A stretch of 64,000 nucleotides of DNA from an uncultured Bdellovibrio sp. (GTDB taxonomy: Bacteria > Bdellovibrionota > Bdellovibrionia > Bdellovibrionales > Bdellovibrionaceae): positions 192,001 to 256,000 of the forward strand of contig CAWVRN010000002.1 in assembly GCA_963932905.1 (NCBI GenBank). Reading direction: 5' to 3'. The notes beneath the pieces are model-generated. The model did not search any database and was not told where the DNA came from. It saw nothing but the letters and a program-made list of their open reading frames with translations. This document shows positions 29,785 through 38,554 of this stretch, piece after piece. Each line of letters begins with the position of its first letter. Within the stretch, counting starts at the first letter, position 1. A program made the translations under genes and the position numbers.

Positions 29785-32028
29785 GTGATGAAATTATTGG
29801 TGGGGTTATTTCTATTAACAATGAATGTCTTTGCATTAGATTCACGGACTAAGCCGCCGGCAGAAAAGCCACCGGCAGATCGTTCTGCTGATGTAAACCG
29901 AGTGAATGTATTCGCAAATAAGAATTCGCTAGATCAAGTCCTTGGAGATCAAAAATTCCAAGAACGATTTGCCGCCATCACCGGTCCTTTAGAACAGCAA
30001 TGGCCAGCCATCACAACGGATTTGAAAAGTCGCTTCAGTCGTGAAATTGACCGCTACAATTTTTCAACTGTGTTTGGTCTTCAAGGAAATAAACTAAAAA
30101 TTCTGGGCGGTAATGTCGCCGAGATCGAAACAAATATTAAAAACTTTCAAATTTCTGCAGACGCATACTACCGCTTAGAATTAAAACCTTCGTTCCGTGA
30201 AGGTAAACAAATGCGTAAAGATATCTATGTGATTGGTTTGAAAGGATCGAGCACGATTTCGATCGGTTCTGAAGTCAGAATTACTTTCTTCCGTGAATTT
30301 GATTCAAAAGCCGATGCCTTATCAAATTTAAAACCGTACGGTTTGGACCGTATACCTAAAAGTTCGGCAGATTTAATTAAGAAAATTAATATCGATGACG
30401 GTGTTCGCGTAGAAGTAATGGGAAATTTAGAAATTTCGAAAGAGTTTAATAAAATCGCGAATAGTTCAAACTTGTCGGCGATCTTGGGTTACGACTTGTT
30501 TCAAGGCCTATTCACGGCCGATATCTATCGCTACACGGAAACTGATGTACGTGCGCGTTTCATGGGAACGATCAATCGGGGTACAGTGAAAGCAAAAGCG
30601 GGTTTGAACTGGCTGTATAGCTTTAAAGGAGCGAAGATTTTACCACGATGGTTAAAAGAGTTATTTGAAGTGAATTTAGATGTTAATATTTCTAAGTCGT
30701 TTAACTTTTTCGATAGGTATCCTATCGAAACTCACGTTGCTGATTACTATTTTAGATTTAACAATATGACGTTGATACAAGCTTCAGTTCCACCGGGTTG
30801 TAACTTTCAAGTTCCAACGGGTATTGCCTCTATTGATAGCGCAGGATTAAGCCCTGAGGCGGCGTTTGACGAAGTTCTTCATAATGTTCGTAGTGGTAAA
30901 TTCATGGCTGTCTTTAATCCTAATCTCGAAGAGTCTGCATTGTCAGCCTCTTTCCTAAGAAATGCCTCTCGAGCGGAAACCATAGCCTGTGTGGATGCCT
31001 CGTTGCCAAATTATAAAAAACGCGTACAGCATTTTTTCAAGGGCCGCATGTTGTCTGATGTGTTCTCTTTGAACTTTGGTCCTAAGATCAGTCATTTGCT
31101 ACGTAGTACTCAAACAGAAGGAAATTCTGAAGTGTATGTGGCCTCACTAGAAAGAGGACAAGAATTTAACTACTACATTTTGCTAAATACCGCGACGAAG
31201 ACTGAAAATTCGTTTTTATTTGGCCGGTGGGAAAACGAATACGAATCAGATTTGGATGCTTTATATCAATCGGACAAGGAAAAAAATATTCGTGGGTTTT
31301 TGGATTTCGTAAAGCGTATTCAGTACCGTGACAAAGTAATGTCGACGTCTAAATTAAGTGAAATCCGCGACATCCTAGCAAGATCAATCCCGACGAATTT
31401 TCCAGATAGAAATAAATTGTTGGATTTGGTTCCAAAAACAGAACAACGTGATGCGTGGATTTCTTTTGTCTACACATTGTCTAGTCGGGTTATTTTTGAA
31501 TTAGAAAAAATGGACAAATTGGTTTTGTACACGAAGTTAGCTAACTTCGTTGCAAATCACCCAGAAAGAAATCGGATGGGTTTGCCATCCGATAATAACG
31601 AGGGTGGTGAAATGAATCAGACTGAATATATCAATGAGTTATACTATCGCTTGGTGAAATTAACGGATTCGACTCAAAATTCAAAAGATCGTTTTCGAGC
31701 GTTAGAACAATTGATGAAAGACCGGATTTTCACTGAATATATATTCCGAGAATTCTTTCCATCATTGATTACGTCAGATATCGCCAATAATGAAATGAGT
31801 GTGGCAATGAGTGTAACCTCAAAAGATATCACTTTGGCTGAAGATCGTATCGGTAACAACCAATACTCCCAAGTCTACAGTGCTGTTCTGCTACTACGAT
31901 CGATCCTAAATGATAGATCACTAGATATCCGTTTAGAAAGCGCCACTGCGGCGGATCCGTCGGCGGACGCTGTATCTGGTCCTAATTCCTCGAACCCAGT
32001 TAATATGAAGGGCTTCAAAGTGTTTTAG
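29785..32028 (+). CDS. Large secreted hypothetical protein
   Basis: Signal peptide MKLLVGLFLLTMNVFA; 747 aa, mixed beta and alpha; no family recognised. Confidence 0.8.
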   Translation: MMKLLVGLFLLTMNVFALDSRTKPPAEKPPADRSADVNRVNVFANKNSLDQVLGDQKFQERFAAITGPLEQQWPAITTDLKSRFSREIDRYNFSTVFGLQGNKLKILGGNVAEIETNIKNFQISADAYYRLELKPSFREGKQMRKDIYVIGLKGSSTISIGSEVRITFFREFDSKADALSNLKPYGLDRIPKSSADLIKKINIDDGVRVEVMGNLEISKEFNKIANSSNLSAILGYDLFQGLFTADIYRYTETDVRARFMGTINRGTVKAKAGLNWLYSFKGAKILPRWLKELFEVNLDVNISKSFNFFDRYPIETHVADYYFRFNNMTLIQASVPPGCNFQVPTGIASIDSAGLSPEAAFDEVLHNVRSGKFMAVFNPNLEESALSASFLRNASRAETIACVDASLPNYKKRVQHFFKGRMLSDVFSLNFGPKISHLLRSTQTEGNSEVYVASLERGQEFNYYILLNTATKTENSFLFGRWENEYESDLDALYQSDKEKNIRGFLDFVKRIQYRDKVMSTSKLSEIRDILARSIPTNFPDRNKLLDLVPKTEQRDAWISFVYTLSSRVIFELEKMDKLVLYTKLANFVANHPERNRMGLPSDNNEGGEMNQTEYINELYYRLVKLTDSTQNSKDRFRALEQLMKDRIFTEYIFREFFPSLITSDIANNEMSVAMSVTSKDITLAEDRIGNNQYSQVYSAVLLLRSILNDRSLDIRLESATAADPSADAVSGPNSSNPVNMKGFKVF

Positions 32029-32055
32029 TAAACAGGGTCACTAATTATACAAATG

Positions 32056-32085
32056 AAAAAGCCACCTTGCGGTGGCTTTTTTTTT
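32056..32085. terminator. Bidirectional rho-independent terminator
   Basis: aaaaaGCCACC-ttgc-GGTGGCttttttttt between convergent genes. Confidence 0.88.
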
Positions 32086-32088
32086 AAC

Positions 32089-33867
32089 TTATTCAAAAGT
32101 TCTAGTTCGTCTTTGTGTTGGTGCTGCTGAATCGCCTCGGCGTGGAGGTGGCATTGAACCACCGCTACGAGGACGACGACTGTAGCCGCCTCTTTCACCG
32201 CCGCGTGCTTCACTGCGCTCGCCGCGACCCTCAGTGCGTTCAGCACGTTCTGGGCGATCACCACCGCGATCATCGCGATCACGGAATGATGTTGGCGCTT
32301 CTTCACCGCGTTTAGCGAAACGGTCTTTGGCAAAATGAATGGCTGTTGAACGTTCACGACGACGGTCACCGCGCATAAAGCTTGGACGTGAATCGGTACG
32401 AGGGCCACGACTACCATACCCGCCAGCTTTGAAGTTTGGATCCATTTCGCGAGGAATACGACCATTCAAGAAATCAAATGGCACTTCATAATCAGATGCC
32501 GACGCATCGACTTTAGAAGCCAAGAATTTAAAGATTAATTCTTCTTTAGTTAATTCATTCAATGCTTGGAATTCAGACGTAGCTTTGAAATTTTCTTTCA
32601 AAGTTGGAGTCAATCCACCCGCTTTTAAATTTAAAACAGCTTCACTGGCTGACTTTAATTTGTGATTTAAAACTTCAGATAACGTTGGGATGTTACCTTT
32701 GATCAAGTTAGCTTTAGTTTTCTGTTGAACTGTTTTTAGTAAAGACAATTCACGCGGAGAAACAAGAGTATAAGAGAAACCTGTTTTACCGTTACGGCCA
32801 GTACGACCAATACGGTGAACATAAGATTCAACATCCCATGGTAAATGGAAATTCACTACGTGTGTTAAATCAGGAATATCTAAACCACGAGCGGCAACGT
32901 CAGTTGCCACGATAACTTTAACTTCTTGGCTCTTGAAACGTTTTAAAGTCCACTCGCGCTCTTTTTGGCTCTTATCACCATGAAGAGATTCAACATGGTA
33001 ACCACGTTTGTTTAGCTCTTGTTCGATCTGAGCACATTTGATTTTAGTTTCGCAGAAAATGATTCCGTAGAAATCATTTAAAGCATCTAACAAGTGAGTT
33101 AACGCTTTTAATTTCAAATCTTCTTTTACCGTGAAGTAAAGCTGAGTGATTTGCTCTGATAAGTTACCTTTTCTTTGAACTTCAACCATTGTTGGATCAT
33201 TCAAATATAAGCTAGTGATCTTTTTGATCGCTGGGCTCATCGTTGCAGAGAATAACCAAGTTTTGCAACCCGCGCGACGTTGTTTGCCACGTGGTTGATC
33301 TTCGTCTTGATCAGCATCATCTTTAGATGCTGATTTTTTCTCGGCATGAGTTTGCGCCAAGATTTCTTCTAAAGAATCACGGAAACCCATAGAGATCATT
33401 TCATCCGCTTCATCCAAAACCAAAGTCTTTAATTCGCGAATGTGGAATACACCTTGATCAAGCAAATCGATCAAACGACCTGGGGTCGCTACGATAACGT
33501 GCGCGCCACGACGTACATCTTCGATTTGTGTGCGATAGCTAGCACCACCGTAGATCGCTGCTACTTTCATTTTTTTGAATGATGAAAGCGTTTTTAATTG
33601 CTCAACGATTTGTAATGCTAATTCACGTGTTGGACTTAGGATCAAAGCTTGTGGAACTTTTTTCGCCATATCCAAATGCTCGATCATTGGTAGACCGAAT
33701 GCGGCTGTTTTACCAGTGCCTGTAGCGGCTAAACCGATAAAATCGCCTTCATGTTTTAATAATATTGGGATTGCTTTTGTTTGAATTTCTGTCGGAGCGA
33801 CGAAACCAATGCCTTCCAAATGTTTGATTAGCTCAGGCGATAAGCCTAAGTCTTCGAACGAACTCAT
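32089..33867 (-). CDS. DEAD-box ATP-dependent RNA helicase (DeaD/CshA-like)
   Basis: Q motif, ATGTGKT, PTRELA, TPGR, DEAD, SAT, ARGLD, HRIGRTGR; Arg/Gly/Glu-rich tail. Start MSSF at 33867 has SD gagg. Confidence 0.96.
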   Translation of the reverse strand: MSSFEDLGLSPELIKHLEGIGFVAPTEIQTKAIPILLKHEGDFIGLAATGTGKTAAFGLPMIEHLDMAKKVPQALILSPTRELALQIVEQLKTLSSFKKMKVAAIYGGASYRTQIEDVRRGAHVIVATPGRLIDLLDQGVFHIRELKTLVLDEADEMISMGFRDSLEEILAQTHAEKKSASKDDADQDEDQPRGKQRRAGCKTWLFSATMSPAIKKITSLYLNDPTMVEVQRKGNLSEQITQLYFTVKEDLKLKALTHLLDALNDFYGIIFCETKIKCAQIEQELNKRGYHVESLHGDKSQKEREWTLKRFKSQEVKVIVATDVAARGLDIPDLTHVVNFHLPWDVESYVHRIGRTGRNGKTGFSYTLVSPRELSLLKTVQQKTKANLIKGNIPTLSEVLNHKLKSASEAVLNLKAGGLTPTLKENFKATSEFQALNELTKEELIFKFLASKVDASASDYEVPFDFLNGRIPREMDPNFKAGGYGSRGPRTDSRPSFMRGDRRRERSTAIHFAKDRFAKRGEEAPTSFRDRDDRGGDRPERAERTEGRGERSEARGGERGGYSRRPRSGGSMPPPRRGDSAAPTQRRTRTFE

Positions 33868-34055
33868 AGTACCTCTTTCGAACAAGTCGCAACTTGTTCT
33901 TATGTGCTAGAGGGCATCTGAGTCGGCTTCACTATGTCACGTTTTCAAACGCTCTCTTTAATTAGTAGAGCGCAATCTACAGTAATAATTGGGAAATTCC
34001 CAGTTATTAAATTACTTTGTCTTTTTTATCGGGTAAAAATGAGAAAAAACAGTCT

Positions 34056-34778
34056 TTAAAAGCCAAAACCGACGCTAAAAATGCCGAAAACATCGCCGGC
34101 GCCATTGAATTGGCTAGGGGTAGACGTCGCTGTAACAGTAAATTTGTAGGTCAAATTGTTCGATTTACCCGCAATAGCAGTCATTAAATCAAAGTAATTT
34201 TGTAAGTTTTCCACGCTTAGGACCGTGTAACCCAGTTGATTTTCCCATGTGAAATCGGTGCTAATCTTGAACGATTTGTTAAAGGCAAAGTATTTGGACT
34301 TGGTTTCAGTGCCTTCCCAATTGGATTCAAGTTCATGAATGATCAGGTAATCAAATACGTTCAATTGCAAAGTCGTCGTATTACCGTCGCGAATACGGCT
34401 TTTGTAATACTGATTCATCGAATAGCCGATGGTCAAATTGACGTCTTTGTTGAATTCTAGTTTAAGCTCCACAGGAATTTTAATCAGAATGTGATTATCA
34501 AGCCCTTCATAGCTAACGTTAGATCCCCATAATCCAATTCGAAATTGAGGACCAATCGCCATGTACAGTGACGTTTGTAAACTGGGGTCTTTGTTCGTTT
34601 GACTTAATCCGTGCTGAACAAAGTGCGAAAGCATTGTGGCTTTGCCTTCGGTTTGGTAATTCGATTTTTGATCCCGACTAGATTGCGCAAGGACAGACTG
34701 TGAAGACAGAAATATAGCAAATAGTACTAGAGTTAAAACATTGAAAGTGCTATGGATAGTCCGCATAGAAAGGTTCAT
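34056..34778 (-). CDS. TorF/Gcw_chp-like putative porin
   Basis: Signal peptide; FVQHGLSQTNKDPSLQ...GLWGSNV pattern; C-terminal VGFGF. Confidence 0.75.
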   Translation of the reverse strand: MNLSMRTIHSTFNVLTLVLFAIFLSSQSVLAQSSRDQKSNYQTEGKATMLSHFVQHGLSQTNKDPSLQTSLYMAIGPQFRIGLWGSNVSYEGLDNHILIKIPVELKLEFNKDVNLTIGYSMNQYYKSRIRDGNTTTLQLNVFDYLIIHELESNWEGTETKSKYFAFNKSFKISTDFTWENQLGYTVLSVENLQNYFDLMTAIAGKSNNLTYKFTVTATSTPSQFNGAGDVFGIFSVGFGF

Positions 34779-34820
34779 GGCTTAATTATTTATCAAAATA
34801 GTCGAGTTTAAAAGAGAAAA

Positions 34821-35738
34821 ATGAACAAACAGAACAACAATTCATCAGATACTCAGACCATAGTACCTAACGCTTCATCAACAAGCGGGCTAGATACTCA
34901 AACCGCACTGAAAACTAAAATTTCGGATCTAACTTTTGTTGCATTTGATACAGAAACCTCTGGTGCATTTCCCATCAAAGAAGACATCGTTGAATTTGGT
35001 GCAGTCAAATGGCAGGGTGGGAAAGAAATCGATCGAATTGAATTTTTATTCAAGCCTCGTCGTCCAATGAGTGACTTCATCATCGGTATCCATGGTATCA
35101 CTAATGAAATGGTGGCTGATGCACCAATGATTGGAACAAATCTTCAAGAAATTAAGACGTTTATGTCGGAAGCGATTCCTGTGGCCCATCATGCTCCGTT
35201 TGACATGGGATTTTTGTCTGTTGAGTTTGAACGAGCACGAATGAAGTCACTTCATCTGCCTGTGGTATGTACTAGCTTGCTTTCTAGAAAGTTAATTCCC
35301 GAAACCACCGATCATAAGTTGCAAACACTTGTGAAGCATTTTCAGTTTAACAGTTTAGCAGCCCATCGTGCGTATGAAGATGCTAGATCCTGCATGATGG
35401 TCTTTAATAAATGTGTGGAACGTATGAGCCCAAACGCCACCTTGGAAGATATTGTGTCAGCTCAAGGAAAACGTTTAGTTTGGGACAATTTCTTTTTATT
35501 GAATCACAAAAATACAAATGTGCAAACGTTGATTCAGGCGGTAGAGACCGACAAGATGGTTCTTCTTCGTTATTCGAAGGGAGAAAAAAAGAATGAAACT
35601 CGTAAACTGATTCCTCAAGGTGTTGTCCGGTCTCCAGATGGGGATTACCTTCAGGCGATAGATCCCGAAGACAAAGAACAAAAATCAAAACGATATAAAT
35701 TAGAATATATCTCGGACGTTCAAATCGAGTATCTATAG
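34821..35738 (+). CDS. DEDDh 3'-5' exonuclease (DnaQ-like) fused to a C-terminal WYL-like domain
   Basis: FDTETSG, HHAPFD, HRAYEDA; C-terminal LRYSKG..ETRKLIP...YLQAID....KRYKLEYI. Confidence 0.85.
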   Translation: MNKQNNNSSDTQTIVPNASSTSGLDTQTALKTKISDLTFVAFDTETSGAFPIKEDIVEFGAVKWQGGKEIDRIEFLFKPRRPMSDFIIGIHGITNEMVADAPMIGTNLQEIKTFMSEAIPVAHHAPFDMGFLSVEFERARMKSLHLPVVCTSLLSRKLIPETTDHKLQTLVKHFQFNSLAAHRAYEDARSCMMVFNKCVERMSPNATLEDIVSAQGKRLVWDNFFLLNHKNTNVQTLIQAVETDKMVLLRYSKGEKKNETRKLIPQGVVRSPDGDYLQAIDPEDKEQKSKRYKLEYISDVQIEYL

Positions 35739-35740
35739 AA

Positions 35741-36034
35741 TTATTGGGGTTGAACGCGCGATCTATTAATAGTAAGTGATAATGCGCGATCACCGCCTAA
35801 AGCAAACGATCGGTTTGTGACGCTGATAGAGCCTTTGACGACCATTCCACCGCCAACTGCATTCATTTTTCCCGGAGTCATATGCAAGGTCATTGGCGAG
35901 GAAATAGACTTGGGAGTGGGACTCGCAAAATTGCCAGGTTTGGCACCCGATACGTAGTCCCGTACGAAGTTATTGCACCCGGGTAGAAAACTGAGAATAA
36001 AAATTAAAAGAGTCAGGTGTATAGCTTGTTTCAT
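35741..36034 (-). CDS. Small lipoprotein, hypothetical
   Basis: Probable start MKQAIHL at 36034; lipobox LPGC; short beta-rich body. Confidence 0.7.
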   Translation of the reverse strand: MKQAIHLTLLIFILSFLPGCNNFVRDYVSGAKPGNFASPTPKSISSPMTLHMTPGKMNAVGGGMVVKGSISVTNRSFALGGDRALSLTINRSRVQPQ

Positions 36035-36041
36035 AGGATGT

Positions 36042-36068
36042 TTATCGGTAGATTGAATGAAAAAATTA
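36042..36068 (-). promoter_or_regulatory. Putative sigma28-type promoter
   Basis: TAAT-N15-ACCGATAA, 7 nt before the ATG at 36034. Confidence 0.5.
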
Positions 36069-36095
36069 AATCTCAATTTGAATCAATAATAGAAC

Positions 36096-38384
36096 CTAAA
36101 AGTGATAGTTCAACACAGAAAAGCCCTCGGTGTAGCCCTCGCGATAGGGTAGACTATTTTGTGGAGCCGATTTTTCAGAGCCAGCTTCCAGCAAGTGAAC
36201 ACGGTAGCCAACCCCCAACGACCAATCGGTGGTTAAGAAATAACCGACATGACCCGAGATTTCTTTTTTCTGAGTTTTATCAGATCCCAATCCATAAACA
36301 AATTCCCCGCCACCGGTCCATCGAGATGCCCATGGAAATTCAAGGGATGTTCCAAATTTCACAAGGTCGTACGAGCTAGAATACGACCCGCCAGAATTTC
36401 GGTACATTTCGAATCCAAAAAAACCAGATATTTGTAATTGCCGATCTAAGGACCAAGGGAGTTTTGTAAATATACGATAGTGATAACGACCTTCGAAATT
36501 TTTCAAAGATTTTTGCGAGTTACCGTTGTCGTTCAATCCCACAGCGCCAGACTTCATCGTTCCTTCAAAACCGTTCGATCCACGCCAATAAGTCCCGTGC
36601 AACGCTAGGCCTGAAACGATAGGGTTGGCTTCATTATTGTAAAACTGTACTGACGAAAACTGCGTCCAAACAAATGCGTTAAGAGACATTTTTGACGCAT
36701 GAAATTTTTCATTCGTTACTGTTGACGTCCTGCCTTCAACTTTCAAAGTGCTGGAATTTTCGTTGCTAGCCACAGACCGAGGTTTTTCTTTTTTCGCAAC
36801 CAAAGGTGAAAGCGGAGGCGGCGGTTTGGGGGCCACTTTGATTGCTAGAGGCAAAGAGGCCGAGCTTTGCTGGCCATATTGATTTACTGTCCACGCTTGA
36901 GCTTGATAGTTTCCTTCAGCTTCTGGAGTCCAAGTTAATTGGCTACTTTTTATTTCTTTAACAGTCAGGCCGTTCGAATCGATAATTTCTATACGAGTTT
37001 CAATTCCCTGAGAATTCCATCGCATTTGAATTTCTTCACCTAGTAGCAGACTATCATTGTTGATTTGAGCCAAAACTGGGGGGCGAGGAGGCAGGGGGCG
37101 AAATACTTTGAATTGAGATGGCTGGGACCAGTCTGATAATTCTTGAATATTACTGACCGAGCGAAAACGATAGTAATATTCGCCGGTTTTGAAAAAGTTT
37201 ATTTTTATTTGATTCGATGCTGACCAAAACAACTTGCTATTTTCTTTGGAAAAATTAGCATCTTGAGAAGCCTGTACAACAAACCCCAGCGGATTGGGCA
37301 GAGTAGATTTTAAAGTCATCGGTATCGAAACTACATCATCAACCAACGGGATCGGGCCTTCTGGGCTTTGTATCGACATCTGTATACCGTCAATGAATTT
37401 TGGTTGGACAATAAATTTATTTATGGGGCTGGTAATTTTGTCATCCACAGTCACACGCCAAAAATTTTCCCCCACAAAAACTTTTCTCATAACGATTGTT
37501 TTTTCATTTGTTATAAATTTGTCGGCATTGGTCAGTTGGTCGTTGTTAGCGAATTCAACTGTACTTGTCTGGGCTTCGGTCGTCCAACTTAGTGTCTGGT
37601 CGAAAACAACAGAAATTGTTGGAGTTGTTTTTTCAAAAATTTGTAGTTCCTCTATGCTGTACAGGTCGTAAAGCTTCCAATTGTAAGTGATAGGACTAGA
37701 AACTGGTGATAAAATCGCAGGTGGCAACGGCATAGGATCTTCTGGTATCGCAGTAGTAGGCGGTTGCTGAGCCACATTGCGAAACGGTACTGCGGCAGAC
37801 CTGGGAATTTGGACAACTTTATTTTCCTCAAGTAACACAGGTCGTTGGTTTTTCTTTTTTACTGAGGCCTTACCTCTTATCAATCGCGCCTGCGATTTTT
37901 TATTTTTGTCCATGAAAAATTGTATTTCAGAATTTTTCCCAGTGACTTCTGTGACTTCACCTTGAATGGCAATTTTAATTTTACCGTTCACTTTGAATCG
38001 AAAGTTTCCAGACTGCAAATCGGCGACTTTTATTTTATCCATCATCTTGAAAACAATTAGCGAGTTTTCGCCAACCGTGATTTGATTCTTATTTGCCAGT
38101 TCGACTTTAGCGGATGATTTTTGACCAGCAAAAATAGAATCGCCGACTTCTATAGATTGATTCAATGTTGTTGGGCGCCATACAAGTTCGTGGTGTTGTT
38201 TTAGTCGTGTGTCGTTTCCTTGGTAAGTGATTTTGCCAATGGATAAGCCTTCGGGCTTTGATTTTTTTTCAAATAGAACTTTGTCAGCGAACGGAGTGAG
38301 TAAAAAAATGCAACACAGACAGACCGCAGCGGCTGTCCAAAAAATCGCGCGCTCTTCCTTGGCGAACTTTTTGTAGAAAATCAT
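36096..38384 (-). CDS. FecR-domain protein with Ig/FN3-like repeats and a C-terminal beta-barrel
   Basis: N-terminal TM; VGDSIFAGQKSSAKV...ITVGENSLI (FecR-like); GEYYYRFRS...SDWSQP (FN3-like); Pro-rich linkers; amphipathic strands ending LNYHF. Confidence 0.75.
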   Translation of the reverse strand: MIFYKKFAKEERAIFWTAAAVCLCCIFLLTPFADKVLFEKKSKPEGLSIGKITYQGNDTRLKQHHELVWRPTTLNQSIEVGDSIFAGQKSSAKVELANKNQITVGENSLIVFKMMDKIKVADLQSGNFRFKVNGKIKIAIQGEVTEVTGKNSEIQFFMDKNKKSQARLIRGKASVKKKNQRPVLLEENKVVQIPRSAAVPFRNVAQQPPTTAIPEDPMPLPPAILSPVSSPITYNWKLYDLYSIEELQIFEKTTPTISVVFDQTLSWTTEAQTSTVEFANNDQLTNADKFITNEKTIVMRKVFVGENFWRVTVDDKITSPINKFIVQPKFIDGIQMSIQSPEGPIPLVDDVVSIPMTLKSTLPNPLGFVVQASQDANFSKENSKLFWSASNQIKINFFKTGEYYYRFRSVSNIQELSDWSQPSQFKVFRPLPPRPPVLAQINNDSLLLGEEIQMRWNSQGIETRIEIIDSNGLTVKEIKSSQLTWTPEAEGNYQAQAWTVNQYGQQSSASLPLAIKVAPKPPPPLSPLVAKKEKPRSVASNENSSTLKVEGRTSTVTNEKFHASKMSLNAFVWTQFSSVQFYNNEANPIVSGLALHGTYWRGSNGFEGTMKSGAVGLNDNGNSQKSLKNFEGRYHYRIFTKLPWSLDRQLQISGFFGFEMYRNSGGSYSSSYDLVKFGTSLEFPWASRWTGGGEFVYGLGSDKTQKKEISGHVGYFLTTDWSLGVGYRVHLLEAGSEKSAPQNSLPYREGYTEGFSVLNYHF

Positions 38385-38520
38385 AACCTAGCAAATAACT
38401 CCGTTTCAAACTGATCGGATTAAACTGAGTCATTTCAAAGGCTTGTTCTTATTTTTTTTATCAAAATGTACCTCAAATCGAAATATTTGGGTGTCGGTGA
38501 AGAAATGGTTAAAAACAGTC

Positions 38521-38547
38521 TCAAGCTACTGAAAATACCGCCGAAAC
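38521..38547 (+). promoter_or_regulatory. Putative sigma28-type promoter of the fibre gene
   Basis: TCAA-N15-GCCGAAAC, 7 nt before the ATG at 38555. Confidence 0.55.
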
Positions 38548-38554
38548 GTCTGGT

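Noticed and set aside
32089..32420. Repeat-like GC-richer stretch and alternative 146-aa ORF (32025..32465)
   Set aside because: Explained by the Arg/Gly/Glu-rich disordered tail of the DEAD-box helicase; the other ORF is an off-frame shadow.
34025..34055. Sigma28-like -10 box (CCCGATAA) upstream of the helicase, and a similar ACCGATTT at about 615-622
   Set aside because: No acceptable -35 element at 15-nt spacing.
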